A stretch of 64,000 nucleotides of DNA from an uncultured Bacillota bacterium. Lineage in GTDB: Bacteria; Bacillota; Clostridia; Christensenellales; UBA1242. Both the position numbers and the translations under genes were made by a program. This document shows positions 18,312 through 25,867 of this stretch, one piece after another (position 1 is the first letter of the stretch; each line of letters begins with the position of its first letter). Below the pieces are notes generated by a model. That model had not been told where the DNA came from, did no database searches, and worked only from the letters and a program-made list of their open reading frames with translations. The DNA lies in the NCBI GenBank assembly GCA_949296805.1, contig CASFPO010000045.1:37330-101329 (forward strand). The letters run 5' to 3'.

Positions 18312-19343
18312 TTAATTATTTATATTTTCTTCGTTTGTTGATAAGTCAGCTTTATTTCTTTTTAGCAAAATTTTATTCATTCGTGCGTTATGTTTTTCTT
18401 TATTTTTAAGAGGTTTAATCTTTTTTAATTTCTTTTCATTTGCTTTTTTTAATTTTTTCTGTTTTCTTTTATTTTTTCTTACTAGCTTTTTAGGGATTGT
18501 GCCATCATCAGGCATACTAACAAGAAGAGAATCTGGATTTGCTAATATGTCGTTGCAGAGTTTTAAGCATTTTCCCATATAAAAGCCATCTGCAATACGC
18601 TCATCAAGGCTCATACCTAAATTTAAAAATTTACCTATCTTAAGTTCTTTGTTATTTTCTACATACGGTTCCATCTTTTCTTTGCCCATAGAAACAAACA
18701 TTGAGGTTGTTCCAAAGTTATATAGATGATGATAGATATGACCTATTTTGATAGATTTTAAATTTGTTAAAAAACAACTTGTATGAAAAGGACTAGCGCT
18801 GACGAGACCTTTAGTGAGCATACCATGCCTATCTAAAAATCTAAATAAAGCCATTGCCCATCGAAACATAAAATCAGGCAGTTTAACTAGTTTTCCAGCA
18901 GTTTTGGTGGTTTTATGCACAGTACCCTCTTGAGTATTAAGTGCAATCTCTTTATCCACAATTTCTTTTATTTCAGGCAAACTTTCTTTACCTGTAAACA
19001 TAAATTTAAGGGTAATATCTTCGCCTTCTTCTTCAAGTTTTTTCTTTATATCCATAGATACACTTATGTAATTGCGTTGATAGATTGACCCTCTCATTAT
19101 AAAGCGGTTTAATTTAGGCTTAGTATAAAGCACCCTTACAAGTGTAGCAATAACAACGTGCATATAGTTATAGCTTACACCATTTCTTCTCTCCCGTGCA
19201 ATAAATTCATCAAGCTTTTCGCAAGGTACTTTTACTGTTGTATAATTTACAGCGTCAATTCGCTGAGGCATAAAAAATGGCTCTGCTTTATCTATTATAT
19301 TTAAGTGTTTAACCTTTTTTCCATCACATCTATGACCGAACAT
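18312..19343 (-). CDS. stand-alone 2-oxoacid dehydrogenase E2/CAT-like acyltransferase-fold protein with a polybasic tail
   Basis: C-terminal core LNLGMSLDERIADGFYMGKCLKLCNDILANPDSLL aligns with the E2 signature sfDHRviDG..FL..l...le.P..ll, with Glu in the His position. The last 60 aa or so are K/R-rich. Confidence 0.5.
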   Translation of the reverse strand: MFGHRCDGKKVKHLNIIDKAEPFFMPQRIDAVNYTTVKVPCEKLDEFIARERRNGVSYNYMHVVIATLVRVLYTKPKLNRFIMRGSIYQRNYISVSMDIKKKLEEEGEDITLKFMFTGKESLPEIKEIVDKEIALNTQEGTVHKTTKTAGKLVKLPDFMFRWAMALFRFLDRHGMLTKGLVSASPFHTSCFLTNLKSIKIGHIYHHLYNFGTTSMFVSMGKEKMEPYVENNKELKIGKFLNLGMSLDERIADGFYMGKCLKLCNDILANPDSLLVSMPDDGTIPKKLVRKNKRKQKKLKKANEKKLKKIKPLKNKEKHNARMNKILLKRNKADLSTNEENINN

Positions 19344-19345
19344 AA

Positions 19346-20617
19346 TTATTTATCTCCTCTAAACTTTTTTCTTACTAAATTTTTTTCTTTTCCATTTTGT
19401 CCAGGCTGATAATAAATCCTATCCTTTAAAGAATCTGGCATATATTGTTGCTTTACATAACCGCCATAGTCATGCGGATATTTGTATGAGCCATGCCCAT
19501 CCTTGTTGGTGCTTGGATGATTTTTAAGATGATTTGGAACTTTATTATCAGTAAAATCAATTGCATCTTGCTTTGCCAAATTTAACGCTTTGATTACAGA
19601 GTTTGATTTTTCAGCCTCACAAACATAGATAATTGCATGGGTTAAAGGTATAAGCCCTTCAGGAACACCCATTTTTTCTACAGCATACATAGCACTTGTG
19701 GCAAGAAGCACAGCATTTGAGTCTGCCATACCTACATCCTCAGACGAGTGAGCGACAAGGCGTCTTGCAATTATCATAGGGTCACAACCTGCGTTTATCA
19801 GCCTTTGAGAATAATACAAAGCACCTTCAACATCACACCCTCTAAGGCTTTTGCAAAAGGCTGACAAAAAATCATAATACATATTTTCATCCATAGATAA
19901 AGCTTTTTTATCTGTAGACTGTTCTGCAGTTTTTAAATCTATATGTATACCTTGCTTTTTGTCTATGGCAGTGGTCATAACCGCAAGCTCAAGAGAGTTA
20001 AGTGCATTTCGCAAATCTCCACCCGAGGCATAAGCAATATAACTAAGCGCATCTTCATCACATTTGACAGGCAAATTACCAAGTCCGTTTTCTTTATCTT
20101 GCAAAGCCCTATTTAATGCTTTTTTTATATCTTGAGATGTTATAGGCTTAAATTCAAACACCCTACATCTTGATACAATCGCTCGTGTCATTGAAGTGTA
20201 AGGATTTTCAGTAGTTGTACCAATAAAAAAAATTGAGCCATCTTCTATTGCTTCAAGCACACAATCTGATTGAGCCTTATTCCACCTATGGCACTCATCA
20301 AGGATTAAAAAGGTATCAGTGTTAAACATCGCTTTATCTTGTCTTGATCGTTCAATAATCGCTTTTGCCTCACTCACACCACTTGTAACTGCATTGATTT
20401 TAACATATTTTGCATTCAAGGTGTTTGCAATAATATTTGCCAAGGTGGTTTTGCCAGTTCCGGGAGGTCCATAAAAAATACAACTACCAAGCGTGCCATA
20501 TTTGATAGCTCTGTAAAGTAATGAATTTTTACCTACTATATGCTCTTGCCCTACAAAGTCCTCAAAACTTTTAGGTCTCATTTTTTCGGCAAGCGGAACT
20601 CTCTTTGTATTTTCCAT
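19346..20617 (-). CDS. rarA: replication-associated recombination protein A (AAA+ ATPase)
   Basis: LAEKMRP..F.DFVGQEH, Walker A (GPPGTGKTT), Walker B (LILDECHRWNK) and the MgsA C-terminal domain (YYDFLSAFCKSLRG, AHSSEDVG). Confidence 0.95.
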   Translation of the reverse strand: MENTKRVPLAEKMRPKSFEDFVGQEHIVGKNSLLYRAIKYGTLGSCIFYGPPGTGKTTLANIIANTLNAKYVKINAVTSGVSEAKAIIERSRQDKAMFNTDTFLILDECHRWNKAQSDCVLEAIEDGSIFFIGTTTENPYTSMTRAIVSRCRVFEFKPITSQDIKKALNRALQDKENGLGNLPVKCDEDALSYIAYASGGDLRNALNSLELAVMTTAIDKKQGIHIDLKTAEQSTDKKALSMDENMYYDFLSAFCKSLRGCDVEGALYYSQRLINAGCDPMIIARRLVAHSSEDVGMADSNAVLLATSAMYAVEKMGVPEGLIPLTHAIIYVCEAEKSNSVIKALNLAKQDAIDFTDNKVPNHLKNHPSTNKDGHGSYKYPHDYGGYVKQQYMPDSLKDRIYYQPGQNGKEKNLVRKKFRGDK

Positions 20618-20636
20618 ACATTTTTATTTTACAATA

Positions 20637-21863
20637 CTAGCCAGTAAAAGACAAGTAAATTTCATTATTTTTATTAAAAATTTCTTCTGTTAAAAGAGTA
20701 TAATTAAAATACTTAACTTTATCAGCAAACATATAACAAGCGTTATTGTGAACAATAAATACCCTTTTCCACCTATTATTTCGGTATAATTTAACCTCTT
20801 TTAAACCCTTAAAACCTTGATTTATCTGCTCTCCATTCTCCTGTTTTTTAATAATTTGAGAGCGAAGTTTTAGCCATTCATTTTCACTTTTTTCGTCAAA
20901 GTCATAATTTTGCCATTTTGAGTAGATTTTATAAGGCAAAGAGAAGTTAAAAAGCCTGTCAAAAGCTTTGTCGTGTGAAGTTATCTTTATATCAAAAATT
21001 TCATCCATTTTTGACTGTGAAAGTTCAAAGAAATTCTGCATATCATTGGGCGAAGAAAAACAATATTGACTATCTCCAAAATTAAAATAGAACTTTTTCG
21101 TTTGAAGTGATAATAAGGATATAGTGCATTTTACGTTTATACAAGCATAGGTACAACTATCAATCCCATTTAAGTTTGAAAAACATATTTGAGCATTTTT
21201 AAAACTATAGTTAAAATATGCTTTTTGTTTGTTTGTAAGATTAGTAATCTCTATAAAATTATTACATTTTTTAAAAAAATAGTAACCTCGTGGAAGAGGA
21301 ATATTAATTTCAATATCCGCTTTAGCTAGTAGTTTGTTTGTATTTGTTAGATTTAAAATATAATTTTTCCCATTTAATAAAAAATTTTTTACTTGCACTG
21401 CTATGCCATTTTGCATAATCTTTTTACTAAAAAAGTATGGTTGCCAGTCAAGGTTAATTTCATTATTATTAAATTTAATATACTCTTTATTCTCTATCTT
21501 GGCAAAATCACTATGGACTAAATAGTTTATATTTAAGGCCTCTAAAGTGTGTCTTAAAGTCTCTCCTATCTCGTTTTCTAAAAGAATATAGGTATTTTTT
21601 AATAACTTTATTTTTCTATTTGACACAATAGGCTCCTTTGCTAAAATCAAATTAAAATTAATTTTCTTTTTAGCGTTTAAAAATGCTTTAAAAAACAATT
21701 TATCAAGAGGTTTTTGATAGATAAATATAGGCAGGGTCACATCAATGCCTATAGCGTCAAGCAATGAAAAGTCAATATTGGCAGTTGTTACATTTGGTGC
21801 GTTAAATTTTACCTTGTTTATTATAAGATTTTCTATCTTTTCTAAATATTCTTTTTTGTTCAT
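20637..21863 (-). CDS. hypothetical protein (Asn/Lys/Phe-rich, no recognised domain)
   Basis: 408-aa ORF co-directional with its neighbours. No motif I can name. Confidence 0.55.
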   Translation of the reverse strand: MNKKEYLEKIENLIINKVKFNAPNVTTANIDFSLLDAIGIDVTLPIFIYQKPLDKLFFKAFLNAKKKINFNLILAKEPIVSNRKIKLLKNTYILLENEIGETLRHTLEALNINYLVHSDFAKIENKEYIKFNNNEINLDWQPYFFSKKIMQNGIAVQVKNFLLNGKNYILNLTNTNKLLAKADIEINIPLPRGYYFFKKCNNFIEITNLTNKQKAYFNYSFKNAQICFSNLNGIDSCTYACINVKCTISLLSLQTKKFYFNFGDSQYCFSSPNDMQNFFELSQSKMDEIFDIKITSHDKAFDRLFNFSLPYKIYSKWQNYDFDEKSENEWLKLRSQIIKKQENGEQINQGFKGLKEVKLYRNNRWKRVFIVHNNACYMFADKVKYFNYTLLTEEIFNKNNEIYLSFTG

Positions 21864-21900
21864 AACTTTGTTATTGCCAGTTATGGTTAATTTTAATCAT

Positions 21901-21930
21901 AAAAAAATGACTAGTTATGTAACTAGTCAG
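21901..21930 (-). terminator. intrinsic terminator after RNase P RNA
   Basis: Perfect 9-bp stem tgactagtt/aactagtca followed by a 7-nt U-run on the minus strand. Confidence 0.8.
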
Positions 21931-22249
21931 TTATGCTATAAGCCGAGTTCTGTATTAGACAATCATCTATCTAGACTTATTGTTGCCAATAAGTTCAAGC
22001 GGTTCGTTCAGGGCGTGAGAGAACGCACATAATGCCCTTTTGACCTTGCATCAGGTGGAGTTTACAGAGCCTTAGTTATCTCTAGCTAAGCGGTAGTCTC
22101 TTACACTACCTTTCCATCCTTACCTAAATATAGGCGGTTTATTTCTGTTGCACTATTCCTAGGGTCGCCCCCGCCGACCGTTAATCGGCACCTATGTTCT
22201 CTTGATGCTCGGACTTTCCTCATCAATTTGATGCGATTGTCTGCATAAC
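21930..22249 (-). ncRNA. rnpB: RNase P RNA (bacterial)
   Basis: The minus strand contains the universal P4 strands GAGGAAAGTCCG and ACAGAACTCGGCTTAT. A P1 helix forms from gttatgc/gcataac. The region is locally GC-rich, has its own consensus promoter and terminator, and has no plausible ORF. Confidence 0.9.
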
Positions 22250-22255
22250 AATCAT

Positions 22256-22284
22256 ATTATACCATATTTTACAAAAGTTGTCAA
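22256..22284 (-). promoter_or_regulatory. sigma-A promoter of rnpB
   Basis: TTGACA (22279-22284), a 17-nt spacer, then TATAAT (22256-22261), placing the TSS about 7 nt before the P1 helix. Confidence 0.75.
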
Positions 22285-23652
22285 TTATCCTACTGTAAAA
22301 AGGGTTTTTATTTTACTATTTTTTCTGTCTTGATAAAGAGCTCTAAGGTTTCCATCTTGAGAAATCTTAATAGCAATTCCATATTTTGATAAAGTAGTCG
22401 CAGCGGCAAGCCTGCCCCCTCCTTCACTACCCGCTTCAATTTTCAAAATAGCACCCACTGCAATAATAGTTCCATCACTATCAATAACAGTAGCACCATC
22501 CATACTAACAAGCTCCTGTCTTAACTTTCTACTTAATTCGTGAAAAGGTTTGCCTGATATTATCTTTCTTAAACATTCAGCTTTCACGCACTTTTGCTCT
22601 TTTAAAAAGGTTTGATAAGGTACATTATATACAGCCTCAACAGAAGAAAGTGATTGCAGATTATAAAGCTTTCCCGCATCTTCAAGTTCTTGCTTCTTTT
22701 TTATTTCAAAATATTTTTCATCTAAGATGTCGTGTGCGTTAATATGAGTTAAAGCCCCCTCTACTGCATCTTTATTTAAGTATACAATGCACCCTCCACT
22801 ATAAGCAAAAGAGGTATCAAGAGCGGTATAGTAGACCGACCGTCTAATATCTTTTAAGGAGTAATTGCCTCTATAAGATAATAGTTGAATAACCTCTTCG
22901 TGTGAGTAGACATTCCATACACCCATTCTCTTTGAAAATAGAAGCTCTTTATTTTTAAAGATTAAAAAGTCTCCATTTTGAGTGAGTACAATACCAGTTC
23001 TTTTTTCATTGCAATATCTTGCTACCATTTCAAACTCATAAGGTGCAATGCAAACCAGTTTTTTTACTCGATTCATCTGCACGTAACCTAAAAGGTTGCC
23101 TTTCTTATCAAATTCTATATATGAGTCTATTCCGTCAGAAAGAAGAGCGAAAAAGTCTTTATTTATAATTTCGTTATAAGAGATTGATTCTGGGAGTTCT
23201 GAATTATCAACGCCTGTATTTATAATAATGCCTATAGCTACTTTGCGACCTTCATAAGTTCTTGTTGCCCACCTGCCCAGTTCGCTTATAACACCAAACA
23301 TAACATTTGCCGTATCATTATCACTAATAGAAAGGCAAATAGACTTTTCGATAGCGTTTTTTTGTAGCACAGAAATATAGCTCTCGTCATCCAAACTCAG
23401 TTGAGAGATTTGATTAATTTCATTTAAAATTGATTTTAGCAGGTTTACCTCAAACGTTTGGAAAGGTTGTCCTCTTTTAAGGATAAGTCTATATTCATCT
23501 GTTTTAGAGGGTTTAATTAAAAGTGAGCTTCTGCTTCCAAAAGCTACTTCGCTATCTCTAGAAGATGATTCTTCTTCGCCTTCAATAAAAGAGCCTGTAA
23601 AAAGTGGCAAAATCAATTTGTTTACAACTTTATAAAATTCTGATTTATCCAT
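22285..23652 (-). CDS. tandem DisA_N/DAC (diadenylate cyclase)-like domain protein with a degenerate active-site motif
   Basis: Start trimmed to the ATG at 23650-23652 (GGAG SD). The C-terminal MDGATVIDSDGTIIAVGAIL...GGGRLAAATTLSKYGIAIKISQDGNL aligns with DAC DGAiii..G.i.aag..L...GTRHRAAlglse..av.ivvSEetG.i. An upstream segment (IGIIINTG..LSDGIDSYIEFDKKGNLLGY..TGIVLTQNGDFLIF) looks like a second, more eroded copy. Confidence 0.5.
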   Translation of the reverse strand: MDKSEFYKVVNKLILPLFTGSFIEGEEESSSRDSEVAFGSRSSLLIKPSKTDEYRLILKRGQPFQTFEVNLLKSILNEINQISQLSLDDESYISVLQKNAIEKSICLSISDNDTANVMFGVISELGRWATRTYEGRKVAIGIIINTGVDNSELPESISYNEIINKDFFALLSDGIDSYIEFDKKGNLLGYVQMNRVKKLVCIAPYEFEMVARYCNEKRTGIVLTQNGDFLIFKNKELLFSKRMGVWNVYSHEEVIQLLSYRGNYSLKDIRRSVYYTALDTSFAYSGGCIVYLNKDAVEGALTHINAHDILDEKYFEIKKKQELEDAGKLYNLQSLSSVEAVYNVPYQTFLKEQKCVKAECLRKIISGKPFHELSRKLRQELVSMDGATVIDSDGTIIAVGAILKIEAGSEGGGRLAAATTLSKYGIAIKISQDGNLRALYQDRKNSKIKTLFTVG

Positions 23653-23772
23653 TAAAACTCCTAACACCACCAAAAACTCAAAAAAAATACAGCAAAAAAC
23701 AACTAATTTTTTTATTAGTATATAATATTTTTTGCATTTAGCAAAATTTTTTATAATTTTTTACAATTTTTT

Positions 23773-24486
23773 TTAATTTTTTTCTTTTTCTTCGTCTTTT
23801 TTTAAGAGATTTTTTTGTAATAACTTTATAACTTTTGTCTCTATCCTTGAAATGTATGACCTTGATATATTAAAAATCTCAGCCACTTCTTTTTGTGTTT
23901 TTATTTCATAACCACATATGCCATAGCGATATTTGATTATTTCTCTTTCCATTGGCGAAAGATATTTATCCATAGCTTTTTCAACATCCTTCATAAGACA
24001 GCCAACTTCCACTTGATGAAAAACCTCGTCCTCTGTTTCTGCGGGAATAAGATTTGCAAGTTCCATTTCATCACTGTCAGTCTTAGGAGCAAGCATTGAG
24101 TTAATAGAAATAACATCTTTATGTTTTCTATTAGCTCGAATTAGCATAAGAATTTCATTTTCAATACATCTTGAGGCATAAGTTGAAAGCAAAACACCTT
24201 TAGAATCATCAAAACTATCTACCGCCTTAATAAGACCTATAGTTCCCACAGAGATTAGGTCATCAGCCTCTAAAGAATTGCTATACTTTTTTACAATATG
24301 TGCCACTAGCCTTAAATTATGATTTATCAAAGCCTCTCTTGCGTTTTTATCTCCCTGTTGGAGTTTTTTTATATATTCAAGCTCTTCTTCTTTAGTTAAA
24401 GGTTTTGGAAAACCTTGAATAGTACTTACAAAAGAGGTGAAACAGCAAATTTTACTAACAAATTTAGCAAAACTTTCATAAATCAT
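23773..24486 (-). CDS. sigK: sporulation sigma factor K (pro-form, uninterrupted)
   Basis: FVSTIQGFPKPLTKEEELEYIKKLQQGDKNAREALINHNLRLVAHIVKKY closely parallels B. subtilis pro-SigK (YVKNNAFPQPLSSSEEKKYL..GDEHARN.LIEHNLRLVAHIVKKF). Regions 2 to 4 are intact (TYASRCIENEILM, ISRSYISRIE). Confidence 0.85.
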   Translation of the reverse strand: MIYESFAKFVSKICCFTSFVSTIQGFPKPLTKEEELEYIKKLQQGDKNAREALINHNLRLVAHIVKKYSNSLEADDLISVGTIGLIKAVDSFDDSKGVLLSTYASRCIENEILMLIRANRKHKDVISINSMLAPKTDSDEMELANLIPAETEDEVFHQVEVGCLMKDVEKAMDKYLSPMEREIIKYRYGICGYEIKTQKEVAEIFNISRSYISRIETKVIKLLQKNLLKKDEEKEKN

Positions 24487-24685
24487 ATACACCGCCCTTT
24501 AAAGTGAAAGACCTTCACAATAATATTTGTATATGTTGAAAGTTGTCGAAATTTGCTTGTCTACTAAAAATATAACAGTCTTGTTTTAATAAAAAAAGCT
24601 TACAGAATGCAAGCATTTTAAAAATTACATAAAAAGAAGGCAAAAGATGTGTACCTTTGCCACTAATTAAACGTTAAGAATAGCT

Positions 24686-24955
24686 TTAACCTTTAAGTCC
24701 TTGAGCTTGACGAGGCATATTTTCTATGACTACATCATAAATCTCGCCAAGTGAAGCACAATACTCAAGCACTTTCCAAGGTGTATTTGTATGAAAATGT
24801 AATTTTAATACTTCATCATCGCCAACAACTAAAAGGCAATCTCCTTCTATATTATTTGCGATATATTCTCTTACCTGGTCATCAGATAAATCCTTCCCCT
24901 CAAGCAAAAGTTGAGTGTCAAATTTATAATTAATTTCTTCCAACTCTTCGTCCAT
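24686..24955 (-). CDS. stand-alone FakA/YloV C-terminal-domain-like protein (89 aa)
   Basis: GDCLLVVGDDEVLKLHFHTNTPWKVLEYCASLGEIYDVVIENMPRQ matches the C-terminal signature of DAK2-domain fatty-acid kinase FakA (GdSl.vv.d....kvHvHt..P..vl......G.l....i.NM..Q). It has its own AAGGAG SD 14 nt after the ftsY stop. Confidence 0.6.
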   Translation of the reverse strand: MDEELEEINYKFDTQLLLEGKDLSDDQVREYIANNIEGDCLLVVGDDEVLKLHFHTNTPWKVLEYCASLGEIYDVVIENMPRQAQGLKG

Positions 24956-24969
24956 TTTATTCTCCTTTT

Positions 24970-25866
24970 TTAAAAAAGATTGTCTATAAACTCATTATAA
25001 TTAAATCTTTCAAGGTCATCCACACCTTCGCCCACGCCGATAAAAACTACTGGCAGATGGTAGTCTTTTTCAATAGCTACAACAACGCCACCTTTTGCCG
25101 TTCCGTCAAGCTTGGTTAAAATTATACCATCAATATGCACAAATTCATTAAACGCATTGATTTGGTTAAGGGCATTTTGCCCAGTTGTTGCATCAAGCAC
25201 GATAAAATTGTATTTATGTGCCTCAGGATACTCACGGTTAATAACTTTGTCTATTTTTTTAAGCTCTTCCATCAAATTGGTCTTGGTGTGAAGTCTACCT
25301 GCAGTATCCACAAGCAGTACATCGGTATTTTTTGCTTTTGCACTTGAAATGCCATCATAGACAACCGCAGCAGCATCAGCACCTTCAGTATGTTTGATTA
25401 TTCTTGTTTTAGTTCGATCAGCCCACTCAGATAACTGACTTGATGCAGCGGCTCTAAAGGTATCTCCAGCTACAAGCGTAACATCTTTCTTTTGATTTTT
25501 AAAATATTTTGATAATTTGCCTATTGTAGTTGTTTTGCCAACACCATTCACACCGATTATAGTGATTATGGCAGGATATTGCAAATTGATTTCGTCAAGC
25601 GAGGCAAACTCTTCCTTCAAAATAGTTTTAAGTTGATTTTTTACATCTTCGGCTGTTCTGATTTTATTTTTTCTAGCCTCAAGCCTTAAAGCCTCCACTA
25701 TATCCATACTTGTTCTTACGCCAATATCACAAGAGATTAAAATGTCAGTAAGCTCATCATAAAAATCATCATCAAGCTGACCGTGACTTAGCAAGGCATC
25801 TATCTTTCGTGCGAGAGCTTCTCGTGTTTTTTTTAATGCATTTCCAATTTTTTTAAATATACCCAT
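24970..25866 (-). CDS. ftsY: signal recognition particle receptor FtsY
   Basis: Start trimmed to MGIFKKIGNALKKTREAL (ATG 25864-25866, abutting the smc stop). SRP-GTPase motifs GVNGVGKTTT, DTAGR, TKLDG and GVGE. Confidence 0.95.
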   Translation of the reverse strand: MGIFKKIGNALKKTREALARKIDALLSHGQLDDDFYDELTDILISCDIGVRTSMDIVEALRLEARKNKIRTAEDVKNQLKTILKEEFASLDEINLQYPAIITIIGVNGVGKTTTIGKLSKYFKNQKKDVTLVAGDTFRAAASSQLSEWADRTKTRIIKHTEGADAAAVVYDGISSAKAKNTDVLLVDTAGRLHTKTNLMEELKKIDKVINREYPEAHKYNFIVLDATTGQNALNQINAFNEFVHIDGIILTKLDGTAKGGVVVAIEKDYHLPVVFIGVGEGVDDLERFNYNEFIDNLF

Positions 25867-25867
25867 T

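Noticed and set aside
21745-22032. 95-aa plus-strand ORF
   Set aside because: It overlaps the RNase P RNA gene and its terminator on the opposite strand, so it is a non-coding region artefact.
23773-24492. Possible skin-like intervening element in sigK
   Set aside because: The gene is continuous from the pro-sequence through region 4.2, and no recombinase or prophage genes are nearby.
24493-24685. A sigma-E/sigma-K type promoter upstream of sigK
   Set aside because: A CATATACA-like -10 is present, but no properly spaced -35 (ATATT-type) could be aligned, so the evidence is too weak to annotate.
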